From an uncultured Eubacteriales bacterium (GTDB taxonomy: Bacteria > Acidobacteriota > Aminicenantia > Aminicenantales > Aminicenantaceae): 55,925 bases of DNA. Positions within the stretch are counted from its first letter, which is position 1, and each line of letters starts with the position of its first letter. Shown here in pieces: positions 1-8,473 of this stretch. The notes below the pieces were generated by a model. The model saw only the letters and a list, made by a program, of their open reading frames with translations. It had not been told where the DNA came from and made no database searches. Location: positions 1-55,925 of the forward strand of contig CAZLBV010000033.1 of NCBI GenBank assembly GCA_964557845.1, read 5' to 3'. The position numbers and the translations under genes are program-made.

Positions 1-1
1 T

Positions 2-1015
2 AATCGTTTTTTTATAAATCAACTGGAAGAGCTGCTGTCCAATTATGGAGAAATATCCGAAGTCTGGTTTGACGGCGCCTGTGGAGAAGGGCCTAATGGT
101 AAACGTCAGATATATGATTGGGAGTCCTACTACCGGATGGTGCGGAAGCTCCAGCCCAATGCTGTGATCGCTATATGCGGGCCTGATGTGCGCTGGTGCG
201 GAAATGAGGCCGGTAAAACCAGGCTTTCTGAATGGAGCGTCATCCCTATGCTGCCGGATAAAATTCGCCGCCAGGGTGCAGATCCCGCCTTTGCCCGGAT
301 GCAGGAGGACGGCTATATAGAGGATTTGGGAAGCCTGGAAAAACTGAAGAACGCCCGAGTGCTCGCTTGGTATCCTGCTGAGGTCAATACCTCCATCCGG
401 CCTTCCTGGTTCTATGATCCCTGTGAGGATGATGAAGTGAAATCCCTGCAAGAGCTGATGGATATTTATTTTGGTTCTGTTGGAGGGAATTCTGTTTTTC
501 TGCTGAATATCCCGCCGGATAAAAGGGGTTTGATCCATGAGAATGACGCCCTCCGCCTTCGCGAGATTGGACGTTTCTTAAAGCAGACTTTTAATGACAA
601 TCTGGCAGAAGAAGCGGTTATATCGGCTACAGAGACCAAAGAAGATGATCTCCTCTACTCAGCCGATAATATTCTGGACGGGGATAGCTCGACTTATTGG
701 ATGCCTGATGAGGGAACAACTGCTGCGGTGATTGAGTTGGATCTCGGGGAAAGGAAAAAGTTCAATACGATCGTTCTTCAAGAATATATCCCCAAAGGCC
801 AGAGGATCGAGGTCTTTCAAGTGGAAATCCTGGGTAATGATGGATGGGAAGAATTAGTCCGTTCGACTACTGTGGGTTACAAGCGGATACTTCGTTTTGC
901 ACCGGTTGCTGCCCAAAAACTCCGGATTAAAATTACCAAATCGAGGGTCTGTCCGGTCTTGAGCAGCATAGGTGTTTATTTAAGCCCTGATCTGTCTCGT
1001 CTCGGGAAGCGATAA
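2..1015 (+). CDS. alpha-L-fucosidase (GH29), C-terminal part with F5/8 type C (discoidin) domain; 5' end truncated by window edge
   Basis: The reading frame is open from position 2 (NRFFINQLEELLSNYGEISEVWFDGACGEGPNG...), upstream of the ORF-track Met at 137. It shows the GH29-like WFDG / RWCGNEAG segment. The C-terminal ADNILDGDSSTYW...LRIKITK is typical of a discoidin carbohydrate-binding domain. Confidence 0.85.
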   Translation, partial: NRFFINQLEELLSNYGEISEVWFDGACGEGPNGKRQIYDWESYYRMVRKLQPNAVIAICGPDVRWCGNEAGKTRLSEWSVIPMLPDKIRRQGADPAFARMQEDGYIEDLGSLEKLKNARVLAWYPAEVNTSIRPSWFYDPCEDDEVKSLQELMDIYFGSVGGNSVFLLNIPPDKRGLIHENDALRLREIGRFLKQTFNDNLAEEAVISATETKEDDLLYSADNILDGDSSTYWMPDEGTTAAVIELDLGERKKFNTIVLQEYIPKGQRIEVFQVEILGNDGWEELVRSTTVGYKRILRFAPVAAQKLRIKITKSRVCPVLSSIGVYLSPDLSRLGKR

Positions 1016-1158
1016 AAAGTTCCATTTCAGGACGGCTGTGTTCTTTTTTTATGAAAAAGTTGCTATTTTCTTTTATCTTGATCTGCGTTATTATGAGTGC
1101 GAGCTGATTATGGACGATCGAACAATTAAAAATATGGTTAGGATCAAGGGGATACGAT

Positions 1159-1524
1159 ATGAAAATTAAAGGATTTCTGGTTATATTTCTTTTAGTCTCG
1201 ATCCTGGTTTATTTCATCTGGTTTGCCAAAACCAGTAAAGAAACAATTCCTGAGCAAATAAAGAAATTTGATGCTACTAAGGATAAACTAACCCGAGTCA
1301 ACATGACATCATTGAATAGGCTTATTGAATATTTCATGGCGACCCAGGGGAGAACCCCGCAGGATTTACAGGAACTGATGAAAAGCCAGCAAATAGCCGG
1401 AGCTCAGTATGACGGTTGGGGTAAAGTGATGAAATATGAAAAGATATCTGATGAAAATTTTCGTCTGATATCTGCCGGTCATGATGGAACTTTCGACACT
1501 GAAGATGATATTATCATTGAATAA
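1159..1524 (+). CDS. small membrane-anchored protein with type II secretion GspG-like (pseudopilin) C-terminal domain; degenerate prepilin signal
   Basis: N-terminus MKIKG|FLVIFLLV gives a short basic leader, G-F, then a hydrophobic helix, but no Glu at +5. The C-terminal DGWGKVMKYEK...FRLISAGHDGTFDTEDDI resembles the GspG motif DPWG..Y.Y....F.L.S.G.DG..GT.DDI. An SD-like aagggga lies upstream. Confidence 0.55.
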   Translation: MKIKGFLVIFLLVSILVYFIWFAKTSKETIPEQIKKFDATKDKLTRVNMTSLNRLIEYFMATQGRTPQDLQELMKSQQIAGAQYDGWGKVMKYEKISDENFRLISAGHDGTFDTEDDIIIE

Positions 1525-1535
1525 TGAATTTTATC

Positions 1536-1564
1536 CCTTCGGCATTTTTTATAAATAATTCAGG
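1536..1564. repeat. direct repeat copy 1 (29 bp, ccttcggcattttttataaataattcagg)
   Basis: Identical 29-mer read directly at 1536-1564 and 1791-1819. Confidence 0.95.
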
Positions 1565-1790
1565 TGCCTGGATTATTTACGGGACGAGGTTAGTGCAGCA
1601 ACGAGGCGCCGGCAGGTGAAGCTGTATATATAATACCGCGAACCTGCCAAGCCGAAGTTGATGTGCTGAGATCGGCACGCCCAAAGGGTAAAAAATGCCA
1701 GTAAAATATATATTATTAAAAGTATAGTGATAATTAAAATTCATCCATGAGAAGGAGTAAACCTTGATGATAGTGAATTGCTTATATTTA

Positions 1791-1819
1791 CCTTCGGCAT
1801 TTTTTATAAATAATTCAGG
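1791..1819. repeat. direct repeat copy 2 (29 bp); overlaps the ribosome-binding region of the DUF350 gene
   Basis: Identical 29-mer. Its 3' end (cagga) runs into aggaga 6 nt before the ATG at 1829. Confidence 0.95.
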
Positions 1820-1828
1820 AGAGAAAAA

Positions 1829-2365
1829 ATGAATTGGCAGCAGGTAATATTCGGATTTATAGAATTTTTTGTGTCCATATTTATCAGTTTGACCTTGATT
1901 TTTTTATGCTATCGTCTTTTCTTGCTTATTACCCATAGATTTGACGATGAACGCCAGCTCTTGGGAGAAAACAAAGCTGTCGGGCTGGTTTTAGGAAGTG
2001 TGGTTTTGGGAGAAGCATTGGTAGTCAAACAGGCGATTTATCCGGTTATAGCGGTTATTCAGATTTTTATTCTGGGAGAGGAAAGCAATGTCGGGAATTT
2101 TCTTAAGATGCTCGGTTACGGATTTGGATATATATTGATCACAGCAATTTTAGCGCTGGCCAGTATACTCTTCAGCTTTTGGCTTTTCAACAAGATAACA
2201 CCGCGGCTTGATCATTATGAAGAGATCAAAAAAAACAATATTGCGGTAGCTATATTTGTGGGATTTTTTGTGGTTAGTATATCCATATTGGTGAGTGCTG
2301 GAGTTTCAGGATTGACCAAAGCGCTCATTCCTTTTCCTTCAGTTGGATCAGTGGCTATCAGGTAA
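1829..2365 (+). CDS. DUF350-family integral membrane protein
   Basis: About four hydrophobic helices, with two repeats of the pattern (D/E)..E.(K)..N.AV(G/A) (ENKAVGLVLG and EEIKKNNIAVAIFVG) typical of DUF350/YjfL-like proteins. SD aggaga lies 6 nt upstream. Confidence 0.75.
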   Translation: MNWQQVIFGFIEFFVSIFISLTLIFLCYRLFLLITHRFDDERQLLGENKAVGLVLGSVVLGEALVVKQAIYPVIAVIQIFILGEESNVGNFLKMLGYGFGYILITAILALASILFSFWLFNKITPRLDHYEEIKKNNIAVAIFVGFFVVSISILVSAGVSGLTKALIPFPSVGSVAIR

Positions 2366-3476
2366 ATTGCGAATATATCCTTCTTTTATATCTTTAAGTT
2401 TAATTTTATTAGTGATCTTTATTCTTTCACTAACCGCATTTTTAATTCCCTCCCGAACAAGTTCACTGTCTCCGGAGCTATTGACCAGACAAAACCAGAA
2501 TAGTGAGAGGGTAGAAGGCCGGGTCGGTCTTGAAAAAGAGGAAGATGAAAAAGATTTCCATTTGACTTATAGATGGAGGAATTTCAAGGACCAACGAAAT
2601 GCCATCTCCTTTAAGATCTCAAAAGCAGATCTAAAGGCGGCCGAGGATGAATTTGGATATTACCCCCAAGATATGGAACTTTTTCTCTCAGAAAAAAGGG
2701 AGAAAATGAAAATTGAGATGATAGAGTTTTTGAAAGAGTTTACCCAGGAGAGAATCAGCAGGTCAAAATATTCCGAATATATCTCTATAAGAGAAATAGA
2801 TTCCGGGAGTTTTACGCTGCATATTTCTGTCCCTCCTCCCATATATAAGGAGGTGAAGGCTGAATTTGACCAAATTACAGGGGACCTTGCCAAAGAACAG
2901 ACCAAATATTTTAAAAAAATTGAAGATGACCAGCGAAAACACCAGGAGATTTATTTAAATCAGCGGGGATTGAGATTTGTCGGTGATAAGATAGGTGTGG
3001 ACTATGGATTGATCGTTGAAAAAAATAAGCCCAGGTTGGCTCATATTGTGGAAGAAATGCTGGAGATGTCAAGAAGTAAATCTTTGCATGACATCCTCGA
3101 CCAGATGCTTTCCTTTATCCAAGAGGTCAAATATGGGCTACCCCCGCTTAGTGAATTGAATAAATTGATCCTTGAATTTTGGGTGCCTCCAAGAGTTTTG
3201 GTAAACAATATGGGGGATTGTGATTCAAAAGGCATTGTGTTTGCGGCTCTTTGGACAAATTTCAAAAAATATCCTCTCTTGCTTATCAAGATACCGAATC
3301 ATATGTTTCTCGGATTGGCGATTCCTTCTTTTCTGGAAGGAGGAGTCACGATCAATGGGTTAAAATATACCTTGTTTGAGGTCACCGGTCCTGAAAAAAC
3401 TCCTCCCGGTATGATCACAGCCTACAGCCGGATGCATTTAGAGGGCGGCAATTATATCTATGAACTGATCAGGTAG
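2343..3476 (+). CDS. membrane-anchored protein with C-terminal transglutaminase-like (putative cysteine peptidase) core
   Basis: N-terminal TM helix (FISLSLILLVIFILSLTAFLI). The C-terminus has NMGDCDSKGIVFAALW (Cys nucleophile context), IPNHMFLGL (His) and LFEVTG (acid), in the order and spacing of a transglutaminase-fold catalytic triad. Start is uncertain; it overlaps the DUF350 stop by 23 nt. Confidence 0.55.
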   Translation: MDQWLSGKLRIYPSFISLSLILLVIFILSLTAFLIPSRTSSLSPELLTRQNQNSERVEGRVGLEKEEDEKDFHLTYRWRNFKDQRNAISFKISKADLKAAEDEFGYYPQDMELFLSEKREKMKIEMIEFLKEFTQERISRSKYSEYISIREIDSGSFTLHISVPPPIYKEVKAEFDQITGDLAKEQTKYFKKIEDDQRKHQEIYLNQRGLRFVGDKIGVDYGLIVEKNKPRLAHIVEEMLEMSRSKSLHDILDQMLSFIQEVKYGLPPLSELNKLILEFWVPPRVLVNNMGDCDSKGIVFAALWTNFKKYPLLLIKIPNHMFLGLAIPSFLEGGVTINGLKYTLFEVTGPEKTPPGMITAYSRMHLEGGNYIYELIR

Positions 3477-3553
3477 GCTGGATTTTCCTTCTGATAATTT
3501 ATAATTTATTTTTTTCTACCAGGAATAATCGCTTGGTTTAGATGGGAATTAAG

Positions 3554-3583
3554 TTGAATTTTATGTATGATTTATGGTATTTT
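3554..3583 (+). promoter_or_regulatory. candidate sigma70-type promoter for rpoZ
   Basis: TTGAAT (3554-3559), 18-nt spacer, TATTTT (3578-3583) preceded by TGg (extended -10 like). It sits about 40 nt upstream of the rpoZ start. Confidence 0.35.
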
Positions 3584-3624
3584 AAATAATTAAACTCAAA
3601 ATTCGCTCTAGGAGATGGAGTTAT

Positions 3625-4032
3625 TTGAAAAAATACGGTGATATTGATAGTAAGTTTAGATATGTGATATTAGCTTCAAGAAGGGCCAAACAGCTATTAA
3701 AGGGTGCTAAACCCAAAATTAGATCCCGTTCTAAGAACTTAATTCGAGTTGCCCAAGAAGAGGTGAAAAGAGGTCTGATCGGTTACGAGATAGTCCAAAA
3801 AAAACAGGATGAAGTAAGAGAAAGCAGCGACGAGATGTTCATTGGGGAGGAATTGGGCAGGGAAATAGAGCATGAAGAGGATTTTAGCCCAGGTGTCGAT
3901 GAAAAGTTTCTAGAGAGAGAATCAGAAGAAGATGAAGATGTAGATCAGATGGAAGAAGAGAATGAGAGTGAAGATGAAGAGGAAGTTGATGAAGATGATG
4001 AAGAAGAGAAAGAAGATGGTTATGATGATTAA
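3625..4032 (+). CDS. rpoZ: DNA-directed RNA polymerase subunit omega with long polyacidic C-terminal extension
   Basis: SKFRYVILASRRAKQLLKGA matches the conserved omega N-terminal helix (NRY.LV..AA.RARQL). TTG start follows SD aggagatggag. Residues about 61-135 are D/E-rich low complexity. Confidence 0.85.
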   Translation: MKKYGDIDSKFRYVILASRRAKQLLKGAKPKIRSRSKNLIRVAQEEVKRGLIGYEIVQKKQDEVRESSDEMFIGEELGREIEHEEDFSPGVDEKFLERESEEDEDVDQMEEENESEDEEEVDEDDEEEKEDGYDD

Positions 4033-4039
4033 TTGTGGA

Positions 4040-4543
4040 TTATTCTCTTTTGAGCATTTGTATATAATCTGATTTAATAAAATCTTTTTTTGAGTAACCC
4101 AAAAGATCAGCAAATCTTACAATATCGCTCTGTTGTCCTTCAATCTCTATATAATTCCCGATGGAAAGCTCATCTAAACATATTTTTAATTTTTTATAGG
4201 AAAAAACAGTCCGATATTTTTCATAATTGAAAACTGTTTTTAATCCAAGAGATTTGAGAATTTTAACGGTCTGTCGTTCATTTTTAACCTCTGTCTCGAA
4301 TTCTTCCCGGATTTTAAACTTTCGCGATTTTTTTTCAGCTCCCTTGAAGGTTAAATAGGCCTTTTTATTGATCTTGCGCAGCCTTAATGCTTGGTTTTTT
4401 ATATAAAGGTCCCCTTGAGGAAAATCATACAGCGAATTTTGTTCAAAGTATCTTTCTCTATATAAAGAAGCCCCGGCAGAAAGTATTTTATTTTTGGTAG
4501 AATCTAGATCAACTACTTTAAGTTTTATTTCTATTTCAAGCAT
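4040..4543 (-). CDS. CYTH-domain protein (class IV adenylate cyclase / triphosphatase family)
   Basis: N-terminal MLEIEIKLKV carries the ExExK signature of CYTH. Size (167 aa) and the alternating beta-strand pattern are typical of CyaB/ThTPase-like proteins. Confidence 0.8.
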   Translation of the reverse strand: MLEIEIKLKVVDLDSTKNKILSAGASLYRERYFEQNSLYDFPQGDLYIKNQALRLRKINKKAYLTFKGAEKKSRKFKIREEFETEVKNERQTVKILKSLGLKTVFNYEKYRTVFSYKKLKICLDELSIGNYIEIEGQQSDIVRFADLLGYSKKDFIKSDYIQMLKRE

Positions 4544-4578
4544 TTAAGACTATGTATCCTGATTTTTTATGTGAAAAT

Positions 4579-5613
4579 TCAAGTCCTCCGCTGAAGGAGA
4601 AAGTCTGGGACCAGTATCAATATATCCCGGTAAATTGATTCCGGGAATTGACTTATAATTTCTTTTGACCGTGAGGAATAATCATTGGCTTTGTTGACAG
4701 TATAATCCAGGGCTCCATTTGAAACGATCAATTTTAAGAGTTCATCCCGGGCAGAGATATCGTTCTTTATACAGTTAATTAAGCCGGAAATATATTCCTT
4801 TTCTGAAGGTGATGATTTTCTTAAAGTATGTATTAAAGGAAGGGTGACACGGCCTTCAATAAGATCTGATAAGACCGGTTTCCCAAGTTCCTTCTGATTT
4901 CCGGTATAATCAAGCAGGTCATCAATAATCTGAAAAGCCATCCCGATATTGTAACCATATTCAGCCAGTTTCTTTATGTCTTCCTCTATGCCTTCTGCGA
5001 GGATCCCACCGATGAGGCAAGAGGCATTAAAAAGAGACGCTGTTTTCTTTTTAAGGATCTCCAGGTAGTCTTTCTCCTCTAGTTCAAGGTTACCGCTGTA
5101 ATAGTACTCTTTAAGTTCTCCATCGATCATTTCTGTGCTGGTGTTCGTGAGGATGCGGATGATCTCTTGGTTTGGGCTCTCAAGTGCTAATCCAAGAGTT
5201 GTGATATAAAGATAATCTCCAAGAAGAACTGTAATATTTTTGCCCCATCTTGTATGTACTGTTTCCTGTCCTCTGCGCAGCTCTGAATTGTCTATGATGT
5301 CATCATGTAAAAGGCTGGCGGTGTGAATGGTTTCAACCAGGGCGGACATGCGGACATGCTCATCTCCCCGGTATTTTAGTAATTTTGCGCATAAAATAAG
5401 TAAAGCCGGCCTTATTCTTTTGCCTTCATTTTTGAAAAGATAAGAACTTATATCCGCAATAATAGGATTGGCTGATTTTGTGAACATTTTAAGGTCATGC
5501 TCAACGGCGGTCAGATCTTTTTTTATAGTTGAATATAATTCAGCCAGAGAAGTCATGGATTTAAATTTAGGCAAAAGGAATTGTTTGGCCGATTTCTCTA
5601 GACTCTTATTCAT
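4579..5613 (-). CDS. polyprenyl diphosphate synthase (long-chain trans-isoprenyl diphosphate synthase family)
   Basis: First aspartate-rich motif LLHDDIIDNSELRRG and second motif FQIIDDLLD, both canonical for trans-prenyltransferases. 344 aa. Confidence 0.9.
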   Translation of the reverse strand: MNKSLEKSAKQFLLPKFKSMTSLAELYSTIKKDLTAVEHDLKMFTKSANPIIADISSYLFKNEGKRIRPALLILCAKLLKYRGDEHVRMSALVETIHTASLLHDDIIDNSELRRGQETVHTRWGKNITVLLGDYLYITTLGLALESPNQEIIRILTNTSTEMIDGELKEYYYSGNLELEEKDYLEILKKKTASLFNASCLIGGILAEGIEEDIKKLAEYGYNIGMAFQIIDDLLDYTGNQKELGKPVLSDLIEGRVTLPLIHTLRKSSPSEKEYISGLINCIKNDISARDELLKLIVSNGALDYTVNKANDYSSRSKEIISQFPESIYRDILILVPDFLLQRRT

Positions 5614-5653
5614 TGATCACTCAAAAAACAACCGTTCTGGCTACTGTGTTATA

Positions 5654-6451
5654 TTAACATCCTGCTTCTGGAATTTCAAACTGAAAGAGATTCTTAAAAT
5701 TCTCTGTAGTTTGGGCTGCTAGGTCTTCAAGCGGAATGTTTCTTAGTTCTGCCAAGTATTTCGCGATCTCTTTGACATAAACCGGTTCATTTCTTTGTAT
5801 TTTTCTCCTGAAAGGGACCGGAGTTAAATAAGGAGAATCAGTCTCGACCAATATTCTATCCAGAGGAGTGTAAATCGCCGCTTCTCTTACTTTTATCGCA
5901 CTGGGATAAGTCAGTATGCCGGAAAAAGAAATATAGAAACCGGCATCGAGCATTAAGCGGGCAAAATCCAGATCTTCCGTAAAACAGTGGAGAACCCCAC
6001 CAGATTGAAACCCTGTTTCTTTTATGATCCTGCTGATTTCATTGGCAGCGTCCCGGCTGTGAATTATGACCGGAAGAAGCAGCTTTTCCGCCAGATCCAT
6101 TTGACGGCGAAAAACTTCTATCTGATCAGAAGAATCGGAGAAATTATAATGAAAATCAAGTCCGATCTCTCCCAATGCTTTGATTTGCTTTTTTTGGGCC
6201 ATTATTGTTATCTTTTGTTCAGATTCTGGAGTAAAATTCCTGGCAAGATGCGGATGAACACCCGCACCGGCGATTATCTGGGAATATTTTTCAGTCAGAT
6301 CAAGTCCGATAGATATACTTTTCGCCTCGGTCGCCTCAATAGGGCAGAGGACCCCGCCGATCCCATTTCCAAAGGCTCTTTCAATGACCAGGTCGCGATC
6401 ATTATCAAATTCATCCATATTGAGATGGGCATGAGAGTCAATGACTATCAT
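5654..6451 (-). CDS. tatD: TatD-family metal-dependent hydrolase (DNase)
   Basis: IDSHAHL N-terminal HxH motif, GEIGLDFHY and VETDSPYL, as in TatD/YcfH proteins. 265 aa. Confidence 0.9.
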   Translation of the reverse strand: MIVIDSHAHLNMDEFDNDRDLVIERAFGNGIGGVLCPIEATEAKSISIGLDLTEKYSQIIAGAGVHPHLARNFTPESEQKITIMAQKKQIKALGEIGLDFHYNFSDSSDQIEVFRRQMDLAEKLLLPVIIHSRDAANEISRIIKETGFQSGGVLHCFTEDLDFARLMLDAGFYISFSGILTYPSAIKVREAAIYTPLDRILVETDSPYLTPVPFRRKIQRNEPVYVKEIAKYLAELRNIPLEDLAAQTTENFKNLFQFEIPEAGC

Positions 6452-6468
6452 ATGTTATGGCCAACTTA

Positions 6469-6503
6469 TAAAAAAAGCCCGCTCATAGAACGGGCTTTTT
6501 TTG
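6469..6503 (-). terminator. rho-independent terminator (A-run / GC stem / T-run, potentially bidirectional) between the DUF885 gene and tatD
   Basis: aaaaaaagcccg-ctcatagaa-cgggcttttttt: stem gcccg 6477-6481 / cgggc 6491-6495, extended by A:T pairs and flanked by an A-run and a T-run. It therefore reads as a hairpin plus U-tract on the minus strand too. Confidence 0.7.
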
Positions 6504-6563
6504 ATTTCTTGAGAATCTTATGTTGTGTCACACGTGCAAAAATGTTCTTGTTGTTCGTCACTC

Positions 6564-8321
6564 CTATTGTAATTTGTCTTTCAAGTAACGAAGAGGAATA
6601 GGCCCATGGCTGAGAACTTCGGATAGAAATTCCTTCTGATTAAAGGAATCGCCTTTTTGCTCTTTATAAGCGGTTTGCATATTTAAAAGTTCCTGCAGCC
6701 CAACATAAGCGTAGGCGGCGTCAACTGGCATCAAAAGGATACGGTTGAAGTTGCGTTCGGCTTCTGCCTTGGTCTGACAACCGACCCGGGTCATGAGGTT
6801 GATGGCGTCTTCTTTGGACATGGCGGTTTCATGAATATTGAAGTCCAGGATAAAATCGATGGCCAGTTTTAATCTCAGTTTGAGCTGGGCGAAGCGGAGC
6901 CTGAGGTCATAGTCGCCGAAATCATTAAAGATCAGCATTTCTTCCATAAACACCGGCCAGCCTTTGAGCAACGCCTGGTTGGGATAATATTTTCTGAGCA
7001 GATTTGAGTTTTGAGTGGTGAAAAAATAAGGAACAAACGGACCCGGATAGATCTTGCGGGTTATATAAAAAGGAAGATAGTAGTTGTTGTATTCTTCCAA
7101 GAGGGAAGTGATTGTTTCCTCTGGCAAGTCGCCGTTAAAGGCGGCGAACTTGTAGGCAAAATCATTGTTATCTTCATAGATGCCAGGAGTTACAAGTTTC
7201 GCCCAGCATAAGCAGGATTCATACAGCGGCATCTCAATAAAATTGAGTTCAACTTCAGGAAGGTCGATCAATTGATTTTCCTGGATAAAATCTTTAACGG
7301 TTGCGGTAGTGTTTTTAATGGCTTCAAAAAATTCTTCTTTAGAAACATGTTCGGTTTTGATCTTATCGAACACCCCTTGAATGAGTAGTCTTCTGATTTC
7401 TTCTTCGGGTCTTTGGATTTTATCCGGATCGATCTCGGGATACATTACCTTAAAGAATGGAATCGATGTCAGAGCCATTTCCCGGGCAACATTATTGACA
7501 TCGGCTTTAGCGCGGGCTACTAGTTCTTCCAGAGGAATATTATTTTGGAAAGTAATGCGGGCATACCGGCGGTGGGCTTCCATCAAGCGATCGTTCCCGG
7601 TTGATTTAGCCAGCAGTTCTGTTTGCAAAAAATTGGAGTAATCTTCCAGAGCCGTAATGGTTTTTGCCAATTCAGAATCAAGTTTGGATTTATTATTCAC
7701 AGTGGACTGTTGAATAATTTCGGGAAGCTCGGTTTTGTAAAAGTTTAGAATGCCAGGAAATTGTTTGATCGCAGTTTCTGTATAGATGGCAGGCGGAGTT
7801 TGGAGATTTTCTTTGGCTTGTTTGATCAGTTTAGGCAGATTTTTCAATCTTTCTTCGGCATTTTTAGCCCGTTCCTCTAAGGGAGCGAATTCTTCTGTCA
7901 GCAAACTCCGGACGCTGTCGATGAAGATCTGATTGTAAAGCAAGGGATTATATGCCCAGGGGAGAAGCATTTCATGTTTGATCAATTCCCTGTCAAGGCC
8001 ATCCCGCATCATCATGAAGTCTATCTGATATTCCGGGCTTAAAGCATCCATATTTATCTTTGTCACCAGCTCCGAGTTTAATTCATCCAAAACATCATGA
8101 CGTTTTTCGATGCTGCCTTCGCTCATATCTTCGAGTTTGTTGTCATACTTGTGAAATCCTTCCAGAGTTGCCTGGGTGGGATAAAATTTCCATAATTCAT
8201 CAAAAAAAGTCTCCACCACCTTTTGAAAATTCTCATCCTCTTTGTTCTGCTGGGTAAAAAGTGAATTTGTGCAGAAAAGAATGAAGACAAAGGCAATCAG
8301 TATAAAAGTAGCTTTCTTCAT
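6564..8321 (-). CDS. secreted DUF885-family protein
   Basis: Signal peptide MKKATFILIAFVFILFCTNSLFTQ. The N-terminal pattern FFDELWKFYPTQATLEGFHKYDNKLEDMSEGSIEK and the overall length (585 aa) resemble DUF885 proteins. The family assignment is from memory only. Confidence 0.6.
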   Translation of the reverse strand: MKKATFILIAFVFILFCTNSLFTQQNKEDENFQKVVETFFDELWKFYPTQATLEGFHKYDNKLEDMSEGSIEKRHDVLDELNSELVTKINMDALSPEYQIDFMMMRDGLDRELIKHEMLLPWAYNPLLYNQIFIDSVRSLLTEEFAPLEERAKNAEERLKNLPKLIKQAKENLQTPPAIYTETAIKQFPGILNFYKTELPEIIQQSTVNNKSKLDSELAKTITALEDYSNFLQTELLAKSTGNDRLMEAHRRYARITFQNNIPLEELVARAKADVNNVAREMALTSIPFFKVMYPEIDPDKIQRPEEEIRRLLIQGVFDKIKTEHVSKEEFFEAIKNTTATVKDFIQENQLIDLPEVELNFIEMPLYESCLCWAKLVTPGIYEDNNDFAYKFAAFNGDLPEETITSLLEEYNNYYLPFYITRKIYPGPFVPYFFTTQNSNLLRKYYPNQALLKGWPVFMEEMLIFNDFGDYDLRLRFAQLKLRLKLAIDFILDFNIHETAMSKEDAINLMTRVGCQTKAEAERNFNRILLMPVDAAYAYVGLQELLNMQTAYKEQKGDSFNQKEFLSEVLSHGPIPLRYLKDKLQ

Positions 8322-8473
8322 GAGATCCTCCTCAATTTAAGTGTTTTCAATAACTATCTATCCCAAAGGGCAACCATTGAAAACTGCAGGTATAGTTTAA
8401 CAGATTTGCCCTGATATCACAATAAAAAACACGCTCTTTAAAATCCAAGGATTCATTTTATTTCTTCACTATT

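Noticed and set aside
1051-1104. 17-aa sORF MKKLLFSFILICVIMSAS between the fucosidase and the pseudopilin-like gene.
   Set aside because: It looks like an isolated signal-peptide-like hydrophobic stretch with no SD and no mature domain. It cannot be supported from sequence alone.
1640-1690. TPP-riboswitch-like words (gaacctg at ~1640, gctgagat at ~1663, ggcac...ccc) in the G+C-rich intergenic core.
   Set aside because: The order is wrong for a THI element, where ctgaga precedes acctgatctgg. The pyrimidine-sensor helix sequence is absent, and the downstream gene (DUF350) has no thiamine link. The resemblance is probably coincidental.
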